Shown: piece by piece, positions 9,831-19,675 of the stretch | Layout of the letters: each line of letters begins with the position of its first letter | Numbering within the stretch: position 1 is the first letter of the stretch | IMG/VR virus record: IMGVR_UViG_3300032327_001202 | Span: 1-64,000 of that record | Strand: one strand, 5' to 3' | Source: a virus | Lineage: Duplodnaviria; Caudoviricetes | DNA: 64,000 bases | Notes under the pieces: generated by a model | Databases searched by the model: none | What the model was told of the DNA's origin: nothing | Seen by the model: the letters and a program-made list of their open reading frames with translations, nothing else | Translations under genes and position numbers: made by a program

Positions 9831-10331
9831 TTCATCCACAATTAATAATCTAGAATCTCTATTCTCTAATAACTTAGGAGTATATAAAGAATGTATTAAA
9901 TACAAATGAAAATTAGTTAATGAAACTCTACCACCAATATATGCTTCTTTAGCAGAATCATACGGACAAAAATCACAAACAGTTTTATTTAACTTATTAA
10001 ACTCTTTACCTTGAGCACAAGAACAACTATAACTTGAACAATTATAATTATCTTTCCCTTTTAAGTTGGTAATTGATTCGTATTCTTCGTCATATTGATC
10101 TTGAAGAATTTTACCAGGTGTAATTATATCTACTTTTGAATCAGGACTTACTATATTTAAAAACCATTGACTTATCATAAGTGCTAAATGACTTTTACCT
10201 GTCCCTACAGGTAAGTTCATTAGATAAAATTTATTATCAGGTTTATTAGCATGAATTTTCTTAACAAATTCTAATGCTTCATCTTGTTCTTTTCTTGGTG
10301 TGTATCTATTTAAATCTTCTCTTAATCCCAT
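9540..10331 (-). CDS. DinG/YoaA/XPD-like helicase, N-terminal part, ending in a 96-aa N-intein
   Basis: Q motif (PRKEQ), Walker A (PVGTGKS), Cys cluster, Walker B LLIVDE|CLHPDSYI..., intein block B ITGNHKV; ORF ends DDDIINI. Confidence 0.9.
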   Translation of the reverse strand: MGLREDLNRYTPRKEQDEALEFVKKIHANKPDNKFYLMNLPVGTGKSHLALMISQWFLNIVSPDSKVDIITPGKILQDQYDEEYESITNLKGKDNYNCSSYSCSCAQGKEFNKLNKTVCDFCPYDSAKEAYIGGRVSLTNFHLYLIHSLYTPKLLENRDSRLLIVDECLHPDSYIKMSTGEDKKIKDIKEGEYVLTLNEETNEYENKEVEYVYKNLSKNQQMYELEMENGVMLKITGNHKVRLKTGEWKKVEDLSEDDDIINI

Positions 10332-10346
10332 TATTTATTTTTATTT

Positions 10347-11342
10347 TTAATCTTCTAACTTTATTTTATCCCATAAAAACAAACAATCATCTTTTTTTAT
10401 TGATATAATTTCTTTATCTTCAATAAAAAAACAACTTTTTTTATTTCTCTTATGAAGAATTAAATCTTTTCCATATATATTTATACTATCTCCTATTTTA
10501 TAAAAAAATGAGTTTCTTAATACTTTATCTTTTTCTTCCTTAAACTTAAATATAAATTTAGAAGGTATTTTAACTAAATTTCTACATCTTCTTCCAATTG
10601 AAGATTCAGTCATATTTAATTCAACTGAGGCTTCTTTAATAGAAGAAAACTCTTTAATAAAATTTCCTTCTAAATCATATTGAATAATAGATTTTTTTTG
10701 AAATTTAGACATTTTTAATTTTAATTTATTATTATCAATAACTTTATTTCTATTAATTTTTATTTTTTCAATTGTTTCATCAGAATGCTTTTTACCAAAC
10801 ATAGGATGATTAATACCTATAACTCTATCAGATTGTTCTTGTTTAACTTTTTCTGTATGATGTTTTCCAAAAAAAGGATTTTTTTCCCCTAAGTTTATTT
10901 TACTAAAATGCTGTTTTTGCTCTTCAGATATTGGATTATTTTCATAAAATTTTTTTCTTGATAAAATTGCTTTTAATTTAGAATCTCTAGTTATTTGAAA
11001 ATCATAACCACCATTCCCACCTTCACATAGATTAGTTAAAGGTCCTGTATTTATGTTAATTCGACCAATTTTTGATATAACTTTTTTTTCTAATTCATAA
11101 GCTTTACTTTCCTCTTCTATATCATTATATATAATGATAGTTTTTATTTCTATATTATTTTCGTTTAATTTTTTTATTTTATTTGATTTAAAATCAAATG
11201 ATTTCGTTTTTTTAGACTGAGTGTACCTTCTACCACTGCCTTTTCCTACATAAAAAGGTTCGAATTCGAATTCTAAATCATCATAGATAAATTGTCCTGA
11301 TTTAGAAGAATCTAAATAAACATAAATGTAATATTTTTTCAT
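10347..11342 (-). CDS. GIY-YIG-type homing endonuclease with NUMOD3 and NUMOD1 repeats
   Basis: YIYVYLD...PFYVGKG..RY N-terminus; GEKNPFFGKHH and NHPMFGKKHS repeats; IIQYDLEGNFIKEFSSIKEAS. Confidence 0.8.
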   Translation of the reverse strand: MKKYYIYVYLDSSKSGQFIYDDLEFEFEPFYVGKGSGRRYTQSKKTKSFDFKSNKIKKLNENNIEIKTIIIYNDIEEESKAYELEKKVISKIGRININTGPLTNLCEGGNGGYDFQITRDSKLKAILSRKKFYENNPISEEQKQHFSKINLGEKNPFFGKHHTEKVKQEQSDRVIGINHPMFGKKHSDETIEKIKINRNKVIDNNKLKLKMSKFQKKSIIQYDLEGNFIKEFSSIKEASVELNMTESSIGRRCRNLVKIPSKFIFKFKEEKDKVLRNSFFYKIGDSINIYGKDLILHKRNKKSCFFIEDKEIISIKKDDCLFLWDKIKLED

Positions 11343-11393
11343 TTAATCTTTTTTATTTTATATATTAATTAATTTTAAATCCCTATACCAAAT

Positions 11394-12932
11394 CTAATCT
11401 TCTAATTCTTGTTCTAATTGTTTAATTTCATCCAAAATTTGCTTTAATTCCTCTTTTTTCTTCATCATTATGTTTTTATTCTTTTTCCTATCACTAAATA
11501 CATCTATTAACATATTTATAGTAGGTGAAACTACTTTTTTAAAAACACAACCATTATTGCAAATAACTACATTATCAAAATCAATTTCTGTACCATTAGT
11601 ACAGAAATTTTTATTATTTGGGTTTTGAATTCCTACAAAATTTTCAGGTGAAATGTAGAATTGCATCTGGGTTCTGGGATAGAGGCTTGAAAAGTCATAA
11701 CAAACACACCACTTGTTCATTCCAACAATTGGGTCTTTAACAAATCCACCTTCTATTGTTCCTTCGTCACTACCTTCTTTTTCATCATCTTTAAATATGA
11801 TAGCGTTCATTTGATCTTTAAACCTATGTCTTAAAACTCCTTCTGTAATTGCTAATGTACCTAAATTATTTTTTGCTTTAGATAATACATCAGTAATTTT
11901 TATTCTTGATAAAGAACTTATCGCATAAATAATAGAGATATAGTTTTTGGCATCATGTATTTTTTGAACTAACACGGAATCCACCGCATTATAATACATA
12001 AAAGTTTCAAAATCATCTTCATATAATTTTTGTAAAGAACCATTATATTTAATTTTCTCTAATCCAATTAATTTATTAGATACAAATTCTAATTTAGAGG
12101 ATTCTTTAATCTTAATTGTAGTATCACAGATTTCATATAACTGCATATAATCAAAAATCATCTTATGTGCAGGCATTTCATAATCTTTCAACCAAATTTT
12201 ATTCATTTTTTTGGTTGGAGATGCTACCGCAGGATCAATAGTTATTTCTTTACCATTAATTTTCTTTTTTAATTTTCTTGACCTATTAACTAAATAAATC
12301 CAGTCATAGTTAACAAAGTTCCATCCTGTCATAACAGACATTTTTGGAACCATCGTATTAAAAAAGTTATACATCATATCAAATTCTGAATCGTATTTAA
12401 CATACTTAAACTTATATGTTGTTCCTAATTTTTTAAAGTATTTATTAGTATTATCTAATATACGTGTTTGTGTTTCACTTGATAAATCTTTTAATCCTAA
12501 AAGGATTATTTTATCTTCATAAACAATAGATATTGAAAGAACTTTTGTAGCTGCGCCTTCTTTAACTACATTTCCTGCTTCATCTTTAATATCAGCGGCT
12601 TCAGGAAATCCATCTACTATTTCAGTTTCAATATCTATAAAATAGATATTGGGTAAATTAAATTCAAAGATTTCTTCTCTTTCATTTTCGGGAAGAGTGT
12701 CTAAAAATTCATAAATAGAATATCTATTTGGGTATGGTGAATCTACTAATTTAATAGATTTACCATCCCATGATTTATATTTTTGATCTTTTTCAGAATC
12801 TTCATCATCACAAACTACGTATTTTTTGGGATTTGGCCATTTATAGTATTTTAGTTTAATATTTCCTGACTTATCGACATAGGAAACTACTAAATTTTTT
12901 GTACTTGGTAGGTATTGAGTATCAACTAGCAT
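11394..12932 (-). CDS. Family-B DNA polymerase, N-terminal part (3'-5' exonuclease through motif A)
   Basis: FIDIET (ExoI), GWNFVNYDW (ExoII), YNAVDS (ExoIII), GGFV..P, YDFSSLYP. Ends in a coiled coil before motifs B and C. Confidence 0.9.
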   Translation of the reverse strand: MLVDTQYLPSTKNLVVSYVDKSGNIKLKYYKWPNPKKYVVCDDEDSEKDQKYKSWDGKSIKLVDSPYPNRYSIYEFLDTLPENEREEIFEFNLPNIYFIDIETEIVDGFPEAADIKDEAGNVVKEGAATKVLSISIVYEDKIILLGLKDLSSETQTRILDNTNKYFKKLGTTYKFKYVKYDSEFDMMYNFFNTMVPKMSVMTGWNFVNYDWIYLVNRSRKLKKKINGKEITIDPAVASPTKKMNKIWLKDYEMPAHKMIFDYMQLYEICDTTIKIKESSKLEFVSNKLIGLEKIKYNGSLQKLYEDDFETFMYYNAVDSVLVQKIHDAKNYISIIYAISSLSRIKITDVLSKAKNNLGTLAITEGVLRHRFKDQMNAIIFKDDEKEGSDEGTIEGGFVKDPIVGMNKWCVCYDFSSLYPRTQMQFYISPENFVGIQNPNNKNFCTNGTEIDFDNVVICNNGCVFKKVVSPTINMLIDVFSDRKKNKNIMMKKKEELKQILDEIKQLEQELED

Positions 12933-13042
12933 ATGTTTTATTATTTTATAATGTTATATCTAAAAAATAATAAAAAGTTTTTTCAAAATAGATAAAAATC
13001 CACTTTTAACATTTAATATATAATTAAAAATAAAAACAAAAA

Positions 13043-13363
13043 ATGGCAAGACCTTACATTAACACATTAAATGCAACTTATTCTAATCCTACATTCTCTA
13101 TAAATTTACAATACTTTCACGTAAGAGGTGGCGGAACTTTTTCTATAGCTGGACTTTCAGCTGGTGTAGTTTCACCGTTTGCAGCTGGAACTACTAGTTA
13201 TTATAACGCAGGAACTACTTATTCTTTTAGATTAGGAACTTTAGCAACTGCTTCTATTGGAGGTGTACTTATACCAGGAAGTAGCCCAAGCAGATATATT
13301 TATACAGCAACTGTTAGCTATCCATTCCAAAATGGTGTTGAAGGTTTCACATTCTCTGCTTAA
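13043..13363 (+). CDS. Small Gly/Ser/Thr-rich hypothetical protein, possibly virion-associated
   Basis: 106-aa ORF with TTTAATATATA upstream; composition resembles the sheath insertion. Confidence 0.5.
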   Translation: MARPYINTLNATYSNPTFSINLQYFHVRGGGTFSIAGLSAGVVSPFAAGTTSYYNAGTTYSFRLGTLATASIGGVLIPGSSPSRYIYTATVSYPFQNGVEGFTFSA

Positions 13364-14499
13364 TTAGATAAAGGGAATTTTATTGTGGGAGAAGATTTAT
13401 AATCAATTATTTGAATATCTTCGTATTTAATGTCGTCAAAAGAATTATTATTAAGTATTAACTTAGGAAGCATATAAGTTTCCTGAGTTAATTGCTTTTT
13501 AACCCCTTCTACTTGATTTAAGTAAATATGACAATCTCCACCATTAAATATTAATTCATAAGGAATCATATTAGCTTCTTTGGCTAATAAATGTAATAAT
13601 ATACCATAAGAAGCTATATTATACGGAATTCCAAGAGGAAAATCACAACTACGTTGAAACCATTTTAGAGTTAAATATCTTTTTGGAATATTCAAATTAT
13701 CTAAATGTTCGTCAGTAATATCTTCTCCATAATACTTACTTTTACCCAAAGTATTTAACCAATATTGTAATCTTTGATCTTGTGTTAATTCAAATGTATA
13801 ACATTGAAACCCAAAATGACATGGGGGTAAAGTCATTTGATCTATTTCACCAACATTCCAAGCATTTACAATTAATCTACGAGAATCAGGATTTGTTTTA
13901 AGGTCATTAATCAAATTTTGTATTTGGTCAATTCCTTTAATATAAAATTCTTTCATCTCACCACCGACTCTATGTGAAGCTCCACCAAAAGATCCACCAT
14001 AATGGTACCCACCTACTTCACGTAGTTCTTTACGTCCACCCCAATCTCTCCATTGTTTTCCATATACAGGTCCTAATTCACCCCATTTTTTAACAAATTC
14101 TTCACCTCTTTCATTTTTTTCTTGCATTGATTTAACAAACCAATCTTTAGACATTGGTGCATAGTAATCGGGTTGAACGTCTAGTTCAGGAGGACAGGTA
14201 GGTGGGGTAAATTTTTTAAGGTAATTAGCATAGCAATCACCATCCCAAATATGGGTGTCATTATCTAATAAATATTTGACATTAGTATCGCCTTTTATGA
14301 ACCAAATAAGTTCATGGATTATTCCTTTTAAGAACATCTTTTTAGATGTTAAAAGAGGAAATCCTTCGGACATTTTGAATCTCATACTAAGATCAAAAAC
14401 TGATAGAGTTCCGGTGCCGGTTCTATCAGTTTTTTTAATACCATTGTCTAAAATATATTTAAGACATTCTATATATTGTTTATCTACGTTATTTTTCAT
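13360..14499 (-). CDS. thyA: Thymidylate synthase
   Basis: DRTGTGT, FPLLTSKK, ELIWF, LGPVYGKQWR, DSRR, LPPCH, QRSCD, PYNIASY, DCHIY, with several insertions. Confidence 0.97.
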   Translation of the reverse strand: MKNNVDKQYIECLKYILDNGIKKTDRTGTGTLSVFDLSMRFKMSEGFPLLTSKKMFLKGIIHELIWFIKGDTNVKYLLDNDTHIWDGDCYANYLKKFTPPTCPPELDVQPDYYAPMSKDWFVKSMQEKNERGEEFVKKWGELGPVYGKQWRDWGGRKELREVGGYHYGGSFGGASHRVGGEMKEFYIKGIDQIQNLINDLKTNPDSRRLIVNAWNVGEIDQMTLPPCHFGFQCYTFELTQDQRLQYWLNTLGKSKYYGEDITDEHLDNLNIPKRYLTLKWFQRSCDFPLGIPYNIASYGILLHLLAKEANMIPYELIFNGGDCHIYLNQVEGVKKQLTQETYMLPKLILNNNSFDDIKYEDIQIIDYKSSPTIKFPLSN

Positions 14500-14543
14500 A
14501 TTTTTCTATGAAAAATTATTTCAAAAGTTTTATTAAGTAAAAA

Positions 14544-15323
14544 TTATTTTCTAAAACTTTCCCATTTTGGATCATACCAAAATGTTCTATTATCTGAATC
14601 TTTTAGATGATTACCTTTTTGATAAAAAACCCATTTTAAAAAATCATCTGAATTAGAATCATTTGGATTTTTCCAATCTTTTAATTGACCCCCATTTAAT
14701 TTATAAGAAGTAATTTGTATATCTCTACACATATCAATTATTTCAGGTCTTTTAATAATCACATCTTTTGCTTTTTGAAATGGATTTTCATCCAAATAAT
14801 ATAAAATAGTAGACCTAATATAGTTTCCTACTCCACTAAAATACTCTTGATTTAAGAGAGCTTCATAAATAGGTAATTGAAATACTTTTTTATCTAAATT
14901 ATTAACTATATTTAACTTAAATTTATCAAATTCTTTAGTTGGGTCAGGACCTCTTTTGGTATCAAATCCACCTATTTTATATTTAGGTCCTAAATAACCA
15001 CCATATAAAACTAAACTCATATCATCTTCAGAATCAATTCTGAAACGAGTGAATTTTACATTGTTCCATTCATCAGTTGGGACCCAACACCAATTACCAC
15101 TCATCCCCATAAAAAAATCAATATCAATATGATTGTTGTCATTAAAAAATGATAGGGTTAGTAACTTACCACTTGATTGTGTATATACATAAAAATCTGT
15201 AATTATAGGATTTTCGTGTTCTGTATTTTCTTTGTGAACATCAAACATTTTTTTAAATAGTTTGTGTTCAGTATTTTTTTTAATAAAGTCAGACATTATT
15301 CTGACTTCTGGACCTTCGGGCAT
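14544..15323 (-). CDS. Fpg/Nei-family DNA glycosylase
   Basis: N-terminal MPEGPEV, FMGMSG, H2TH region LLNQEYFSGVGNYIRS. No C-terminal Cys4 zinc finger. Confidence 0.85.
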   Translation of the reverse strand: MPEGPEVRIMSDFIKKNTEHKLFKKMFDVHKENTEHENPIITDFYVYTQSSGKLLTLSFFNDNNHIDIDFFMGMSGNWCWVPTDEWNNVKFTRFRIDSEDDMSLVLYGGYLGPKYKIGGFDTKRGPDPTKEFDKFKLNIVNNLDKKVFQLPIYEALLNQEYFSGVGNYIRSTILYYLDENPFQKAKDVIIKRPEIIDMCRDIQITSYKLNGGQLKDWKNPNDSNSDDFLKWVFYQKGNHLKDSDNRTFWYDPKWESFRK

Positions 15324-15356
15324 AATATGTTTTTATATATAGAAATAAAATTGTAT

Positions 15357-15533
15357 ATGGAAAAAATAATCAAAGCAACACCATTAACACAAGAAGAAAT
15401 AACACTTCTTAGAGAGCAATATGTAATAGAATATGCTAAGAAAAAAGGATGGGATTCAAATAAACTTTCAACTACACAACTTTTAGAAATTGTAGAATCA
15501 AAAGGTTATAAGCATCCCATGATTTTAGGTTAA
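15357..15533 (+). CDS. Small hypothetical protein
   Basis: MEKIIKATPLTQEEI...; start moved to ATG 15357 to avoid overlap with the divergent gene. Confidence 0.5.
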   Translation: MEKIIKATPLTQEEITLLREQYVIEYAKKKGWDSNKLSTTQLLEIVESKGYKHPMILG

Positions 15534-16639
15534 AATGGTAAAATTTCATCAGTTAAATGTTCATATGGTATGGTAGATAATTGAGATATATAAGGTATAA
15601 AATAGCTACGATTTCCTACGAATTCATAAGCTTCTTCTGTTCTTATATAACAATCTCTACCGTCCCATACAACACTAACAAAATTAGTTCCCCAATTTTC
15701 TAATTCTTTAGCTAATAGAGCTTTTTCTTTTTCTATCCAAGTATCGGAAATATACATTTTTTTACGAACTCCATTATCTTTAATATAAGTATAATTTAAA
15801 TCAAAGAACTCAGAATATGTATTATCATATCCTGCAAAAGCTTCAAAAACATCTTCATCATTTCTACTAGAGTAATAATTACTATATGAATTAGTTGCTT
15901 TTGTATTATCTCTATGTATTTTTAGAGATTCCCAATCAATTCTTACAACTGCTTTACACAATTTATATAAATAATCTATATCTTGTCTTTCACAAGTTTT
16001 GTGTTCATCATAATAACCAACAGATATATTTGTACATTCGGGAATATCCCACATAAATTGTGCAGAGTCAGTTAAAACTCCTGTATCATCAGGAGATAGT
16101 TCTAATCCATTAGAATTTAATAAAGAGCATAATTGATTAGCAAATTGAGATGAACAACAATCTGTATATAATTGACTTGTAATTACGGAAGTTGTTCCTT
16201 TTCTATCAAATGAAATTACTTTATTGATATTATATAATTCTTTAGGTATTTCCTCAGATCGATTAGCTAATGAAAAAGAAACTTTGGAAGAACCTATACA
16301 TCCAACTTCTTCACTTAAGAAAAAATAGTATAATCCAGGAATATTTTTTTCTATCATATATAACATAACAGTCATACCTGCTTTATCATCCGCACCTAAA
16401 ATTGTAGTACCATCAGTTTTTATGATATTTTTTTCAAATCGGTGTTTTACTTTTTTAAATTCACTACATGCGGTGTCTAAGTGGCATGTAAACATAGTTG
16501 TTGATTCTCCTATCATTAGGTAATAGTTGCCATAAATATCTTTTTTATAGCCAGTTGGTAAATATTTTTCCAACATAAATTCAAAACCTGACGGATAGGT
16601 AAAGCTTGTTAACTCAAGAAATGTTTTTCTTACTTTCAT
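15530..16639 (-). CDS. M28-like zinc peptidase
   Basis: FTCHLD, LGADDKAG, FFLSEEVG, ISFDRKG, TDSA, ISVGYYDEH. Confidence 0.8.
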   Translation of the reverse strand: MKVRKTFLELTSFTYPSGFEFMLEKYLPTGYKKDIYGNYYLMIGESTTMFTCHLDTACSEFKKVKHRFEKNIIKTDGTTILGADDKAGMTVMLYMIEKNIPGLYYFFLSEEVGCIGSSKVSFSLANRSEEIPKELYNINKVISFDRKGTTSVITSQLYTDCCSSQFANQLCSLLNSNGLELSPDDTGVLTDSAQFMWDIPECTNISVGYYDEHKTCERQDIDYLYKLCKAVVRIDWESLKIHRDNTKATNSYSNYYSSRNDEDVFEAFAGYDNTYSEFFDLNYTYIKDNGVRKKMYISDTWIEKEKALLAKELENWGTNFVSVVWDGRDCYIRTEEAYEFVGNRSYFIPYISQLSTIPYEHLTDEILPF

Positions 16640-16660
16640 TTATAATTATTTTTATTTTTA

Positions 16661-16668
16661 CAAATATA
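16661..16668 (-). promoter_or_regulatory. Bacteroidota-type -7 promoter element (TAnnTTTG)
   Basis: TATATTTG on the minus strand ~22 nt upstream of ATG 16639. The same octamer occurs at 21039-21046 (+), 23638-23645 (+) and 55209-55216 (-), each just upstream of a gene start. Confidence 0.55.
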
Positions 16669-16732
16669 ATTATTTTTTTTCATATAAACAAATTTATATA
16701 AATTGTTATAATATAAAAAATAAATAAAAAAT

Positions 16733-17440
16733 ATGATAGATTATTTAATACCATATAGACACTCTGGTAAAAATCTTAATAACTTAAGAAAAGTAATAGA
16801 TTGGATCAAAGGATTTAATACCATTAGAACAACCGTAATTGAAGTTGGAAAAGTTTCTCAATTAAAATATCTAAACTTAGAATGTAATTATCTTTTCTTA
16901 GAAACTAAAGAAAAAATGACATGGAATAGGTCATGGGCTTATAATCATGGGTTATCTAGAACTAATAACCCTATTGTTATATTTGGTGATGTTAATATAT
17001 TAGCAAATCCTGATACTTTAATTAGTTCTTTTAATGAATTAAATATATATGATTGTATATTACCTTATGATTCTATATTACAATTAGACTTTATGAATTC
17101 TAACTCAAGTCTTCAACAAATAATTAGTTTAGATACTACAGGAAAAACAGTTACTGGTTTAGATAATATTTCTATTTTTAAAAGAGAAGCTATTAATAAA
17201 ATTGGTGGGTGGAGTGAAATGTTAAATGATGGGGATGAGAATGTTTTTCAAGCTCATAAAATTGGAAAAATGTTAAATTTTAAGCAGAAAAATAATACAT
17301 CATTCTGTTTTGATAAAGATGATTTTCCTAAACAAAATAATCCCGAATTGTTAAAGAAATTAACAAGTTTAGGTAATTTAGAAATTGAAAGATATATAAG
17401 TGCTGAACAAAGAGGACTTTCTAATAAATTTTTATATTAA
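16733..17440 (+). CDS. Glycosyltransferase, GT2/GT7-like
   Basis: LIPYR, TTVIEV, WNRSWAYNHG, VIFGDVN (degenerate DxD), INKIGGW.E...GDE. Confidence 0.6.
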   Translation: MIDYLIPYRHSGKNLNNLRKVIDWIKGFNTIRTTVIEVGKVSQLKYLNLECNYLFLETKEKMTWNRSWAYNHGLSRTNNPIVIFGDVNILANPDTLISSFNELNIYDCILPYDSILQLDFMNSNSSLQQIISLDTTGKTVTGLDNISIFKREAINKIGGWSEMLNDGDENVFQAHKIGKMLNFKQKNNTSFCFDKDDFPKQNNPELLKKLTSLGNLEIERYISAEQRGLSNKFLY

Positions 17441-17470
17441 AAAAAGCGGAACATTTGTTCCGCTTTTTTT
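17441..17470. terminator. Bidirectional intrinsic terminator
   Basis: AAAAAGCGGAAC-ATTT-GTTCCGCTTTTT between convergent genes. Confidence 0.8.
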
Positions 17471-17864
17471 ATACTTTCTTTAAAGATTTTTTAACTGTAT
17501 CTTTTTTATCAGATTTTTTTACAGGTGTAATGGGAGCTTTTTTAACTACTACTTTTTTAGGAACTTGTTTAACTTTTTCAATAACTTTTTCTTTTACTTC
17601 AACAATTTCTTCTTTTACTTCAACAACTTCTTCTAAAGTAATAGTTTTTTCTTGGGAATCAATCTCAACTTCGATAATTTTTTCTTCATTATTTATCTCA
17701 ACTTCAATTTCAATAGTATCAGTTGTATTAACTAAATTTTCTTCAATAAGTTCTTCAACTATTTCATCAATTTTTTCCTCAGAAATTTCATAAGGTAAAT
17801 CATTATATACATTAAGATCTTTATATAAATGAGGATGCCTTTCTTTTCTTCTTTCGTGATTCAT
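17469..17864 (-). CDS. Low-complexity E/V/K-rich protein (acidic middle, basic tail)
   Basis: 131-aa ORF with strongly polarised charge. Confidence 0.55.
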   Translation of the reverse strand: MNHERRKERHPHLYKDLNVYNDLPYEISEEKIDEIVEELIEENLVNTTDTIEIEVEINNEEKIIEVEIDSQEKTITLEEVVEVKEEIVEVKEKVIEKVKQVPKKVVVKKAPITPVKKSDKKDTVKKSLKKV

Positions 17865-17889
17865 ATTGTTATTATATTTTTATTATATA

Positions 17890-18465
17890 TTAAGAATATG
17901 AAACTCTCATCTTTTGATATTTCATCAGTAATTTATACATCTTCTCGTATTCTAAATCAACGTTATTAATAGTTTTTGGAATCCATCTATCTTCGTTTAA
18001 ATATTCAACAAGCATACCTTTTTTAATATCTTCTTTTTTAGACGGAAAGAAATATCTTTTTTTCTTTTCAAATGAAAAAGACATACTATTAAATACATAA
18101 AGTTTTTGATTTTCATTTAAATCAGGATATAATTTAATATTTAATAAAAATTCTTCCCCTGTTTTTTCAATTAACTTATATTCAATATCATTTTTATATT
18201 TAACAATAACATTGTCTTGTCCAAATTTATCCATTAAAAATACAGAATCTTTTCTTAATGTATTATTATCATCAGGACACATCGCTAATATTGAATTCTC
18301 ACGAATATTTTTAGAAAAAGAATAAATAGGAAATATAGTATAATTTTTAGGATATAAAACAGAACAAATCCTTTCTAAAACTATTTTATTCTCGTGCTGA
18401 GTTAAATAATTTGTAAAAGGATTTATTATTATATAAGAACTATTTTCGTCTAATAAATTTAACAT
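17890..18465 (-). CDS. Hypothetical protein
   Basis: 191-aa ORF in a co-oriented run. Confidence 0.55.
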   Translation of the reverse strand: MLNLLDENSSYIIINPFTNYLTQHENKIVLERICSVLYPKNYTIFPIYSFSKNIRENSILAMCPDDNNTLRKDSVFLMDKFGQDNVIVKYKNDIEYKLIEKTGEEFLLNIKLYPDLNENQKLYVFNSMSFSFEKKKRYFFPSKKEDIKKGMLVEYLNEDRWIPKTINNVDLEYEKMYKLLMKYQKMRVSYS

Positions 18466-18481
18466 AAAGTATATATTAAAA

Positions 18482-19675
18482 TTAATTCATATTAAATTGT
18501 TGTTTTAGTTTTTCTTCAAAAATTAATTCAACAATTTTAGAATATTTTTTTGCACAAATTATACTATCATGAACTGTTATCAATTTTATATCAGGATTAT
18601 ACTCCATAATAGATTTTATAATTTTATTAAAAATTAAATTTGATTCTGCTAATTGTAAAGCATGTGATAAACTTCTATAATCTCCTTTTCTTTTTTTATA
18701 TTCAATAATAAACTTATATACTTCTGGAAATAGATTTTCAAAGTTTTCATCATGTATATTTTTTCTATTTTGTCCAAAAAATACTTTATACACCATTTCT
18801 TTTACTAACTTTTTCTCCGTATATATAGGACATTTATCCATTATAAACTGATATAATTTACCATTATAAGTTAAATACCTATAAAACTGAACACCTTCAT
18901 TATGATAATAGTTTTCATTTTGCATTAATATATTTAAAAATAAAGGCTGAGAATTACTTATATCTACTTCATATGTTTCTTCACTATCTAATAAAAGACA
19001 GTTTTTTCTAATAAAAGATTTTAATACAGTAAAATTAGTATGCATTCTACCAAATACATCAAAGTGATAAAATATCTGATTTTGATCAATACAATCAACA
19101 CTATATTTATTTCTATTATAAATACTATCATCATTAAATGTATTATCCAAATAAAATATAGATTTAGCATAATCTACTTTAGCACTAAATAAATCTAATA
19201 CTAATTTTTTCTTTATTTCAGTGGGTATAACAGTTTCTTTCGCTTTACTAATAAAGTTATTAATATTAAACTTCATGTTATATCTTTTTAAGATAATTTT
19301 ATCATTATTGACATATCTTAAAATTTTACCTCTACATACTTTAGTATTAAACTCATAAACTCTACAGTTATGACCTTTTCTATAATTTAGAAGAAGTTTT
19401 AATACACCTGTTTCAACTAAGTATTTGATATAATAGTTATATAAATAACCATATCTTTCTTTTAAAATTTCTGCTGATAAGCTGATTTTATTATTTTTCT
19501 TATTAAAGTATTTTGCAATTAAAGAATGAACTAAATCAATTAGAAAAGCAGACTTTAGTTTTTTATTTTCATAGAAAAAGAAAGTTTCCCGAGAAATTTC
19601 TAAAAAATCACTCGGTAAATATTGTAGGATATATTTTTTATACATTATGTAATTAAATAGTATTTTTTTTACCAT
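18482..19675 (-). CDS. Small family-A polymerase-like protein
   Basis: FGRMHT, EVDISNSQP (motif A-like), KEMVYKVFFG (motif B-like), LQLAES, LITVHDSII (motif C). No exonuclease domain. Confidence 0.6.
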   Translation of the reverse strand: MVKKILFNYIMYKKYILQYLPSDFLEISRETFFFYENKKLKSAFLIDLVHSLIAKYFNKKNNKISLSAEILKERYGYLYNYYIKYLVETGVLKLLLNYRKGHNCRVYEFNTKVCRGKILRYVNNDKIILKRYNMKFNINNFISKAKETVIPTEIKKKLVLDLFSAKVDYAKSIFYLDNTFNDDSIYNRNKYSVDCIDQNQIFYHFDVFGRMHTNFTVLKSFIRKNCLLLDSEETYEVDISNSQPLFLNILMQNENYYHNEGVQFYRYLTYNGKLYQFIMDKCPIYTEKKLVKEMVYKVFFGQNRKNIHDENFENLFPEVYKFIIEYKKRKGDYRSLSHALQLAESNLIFNKIIKSIMEYNPDIKLITVHDSIICAKKYSKIVELIFEEKLKQQFNMN

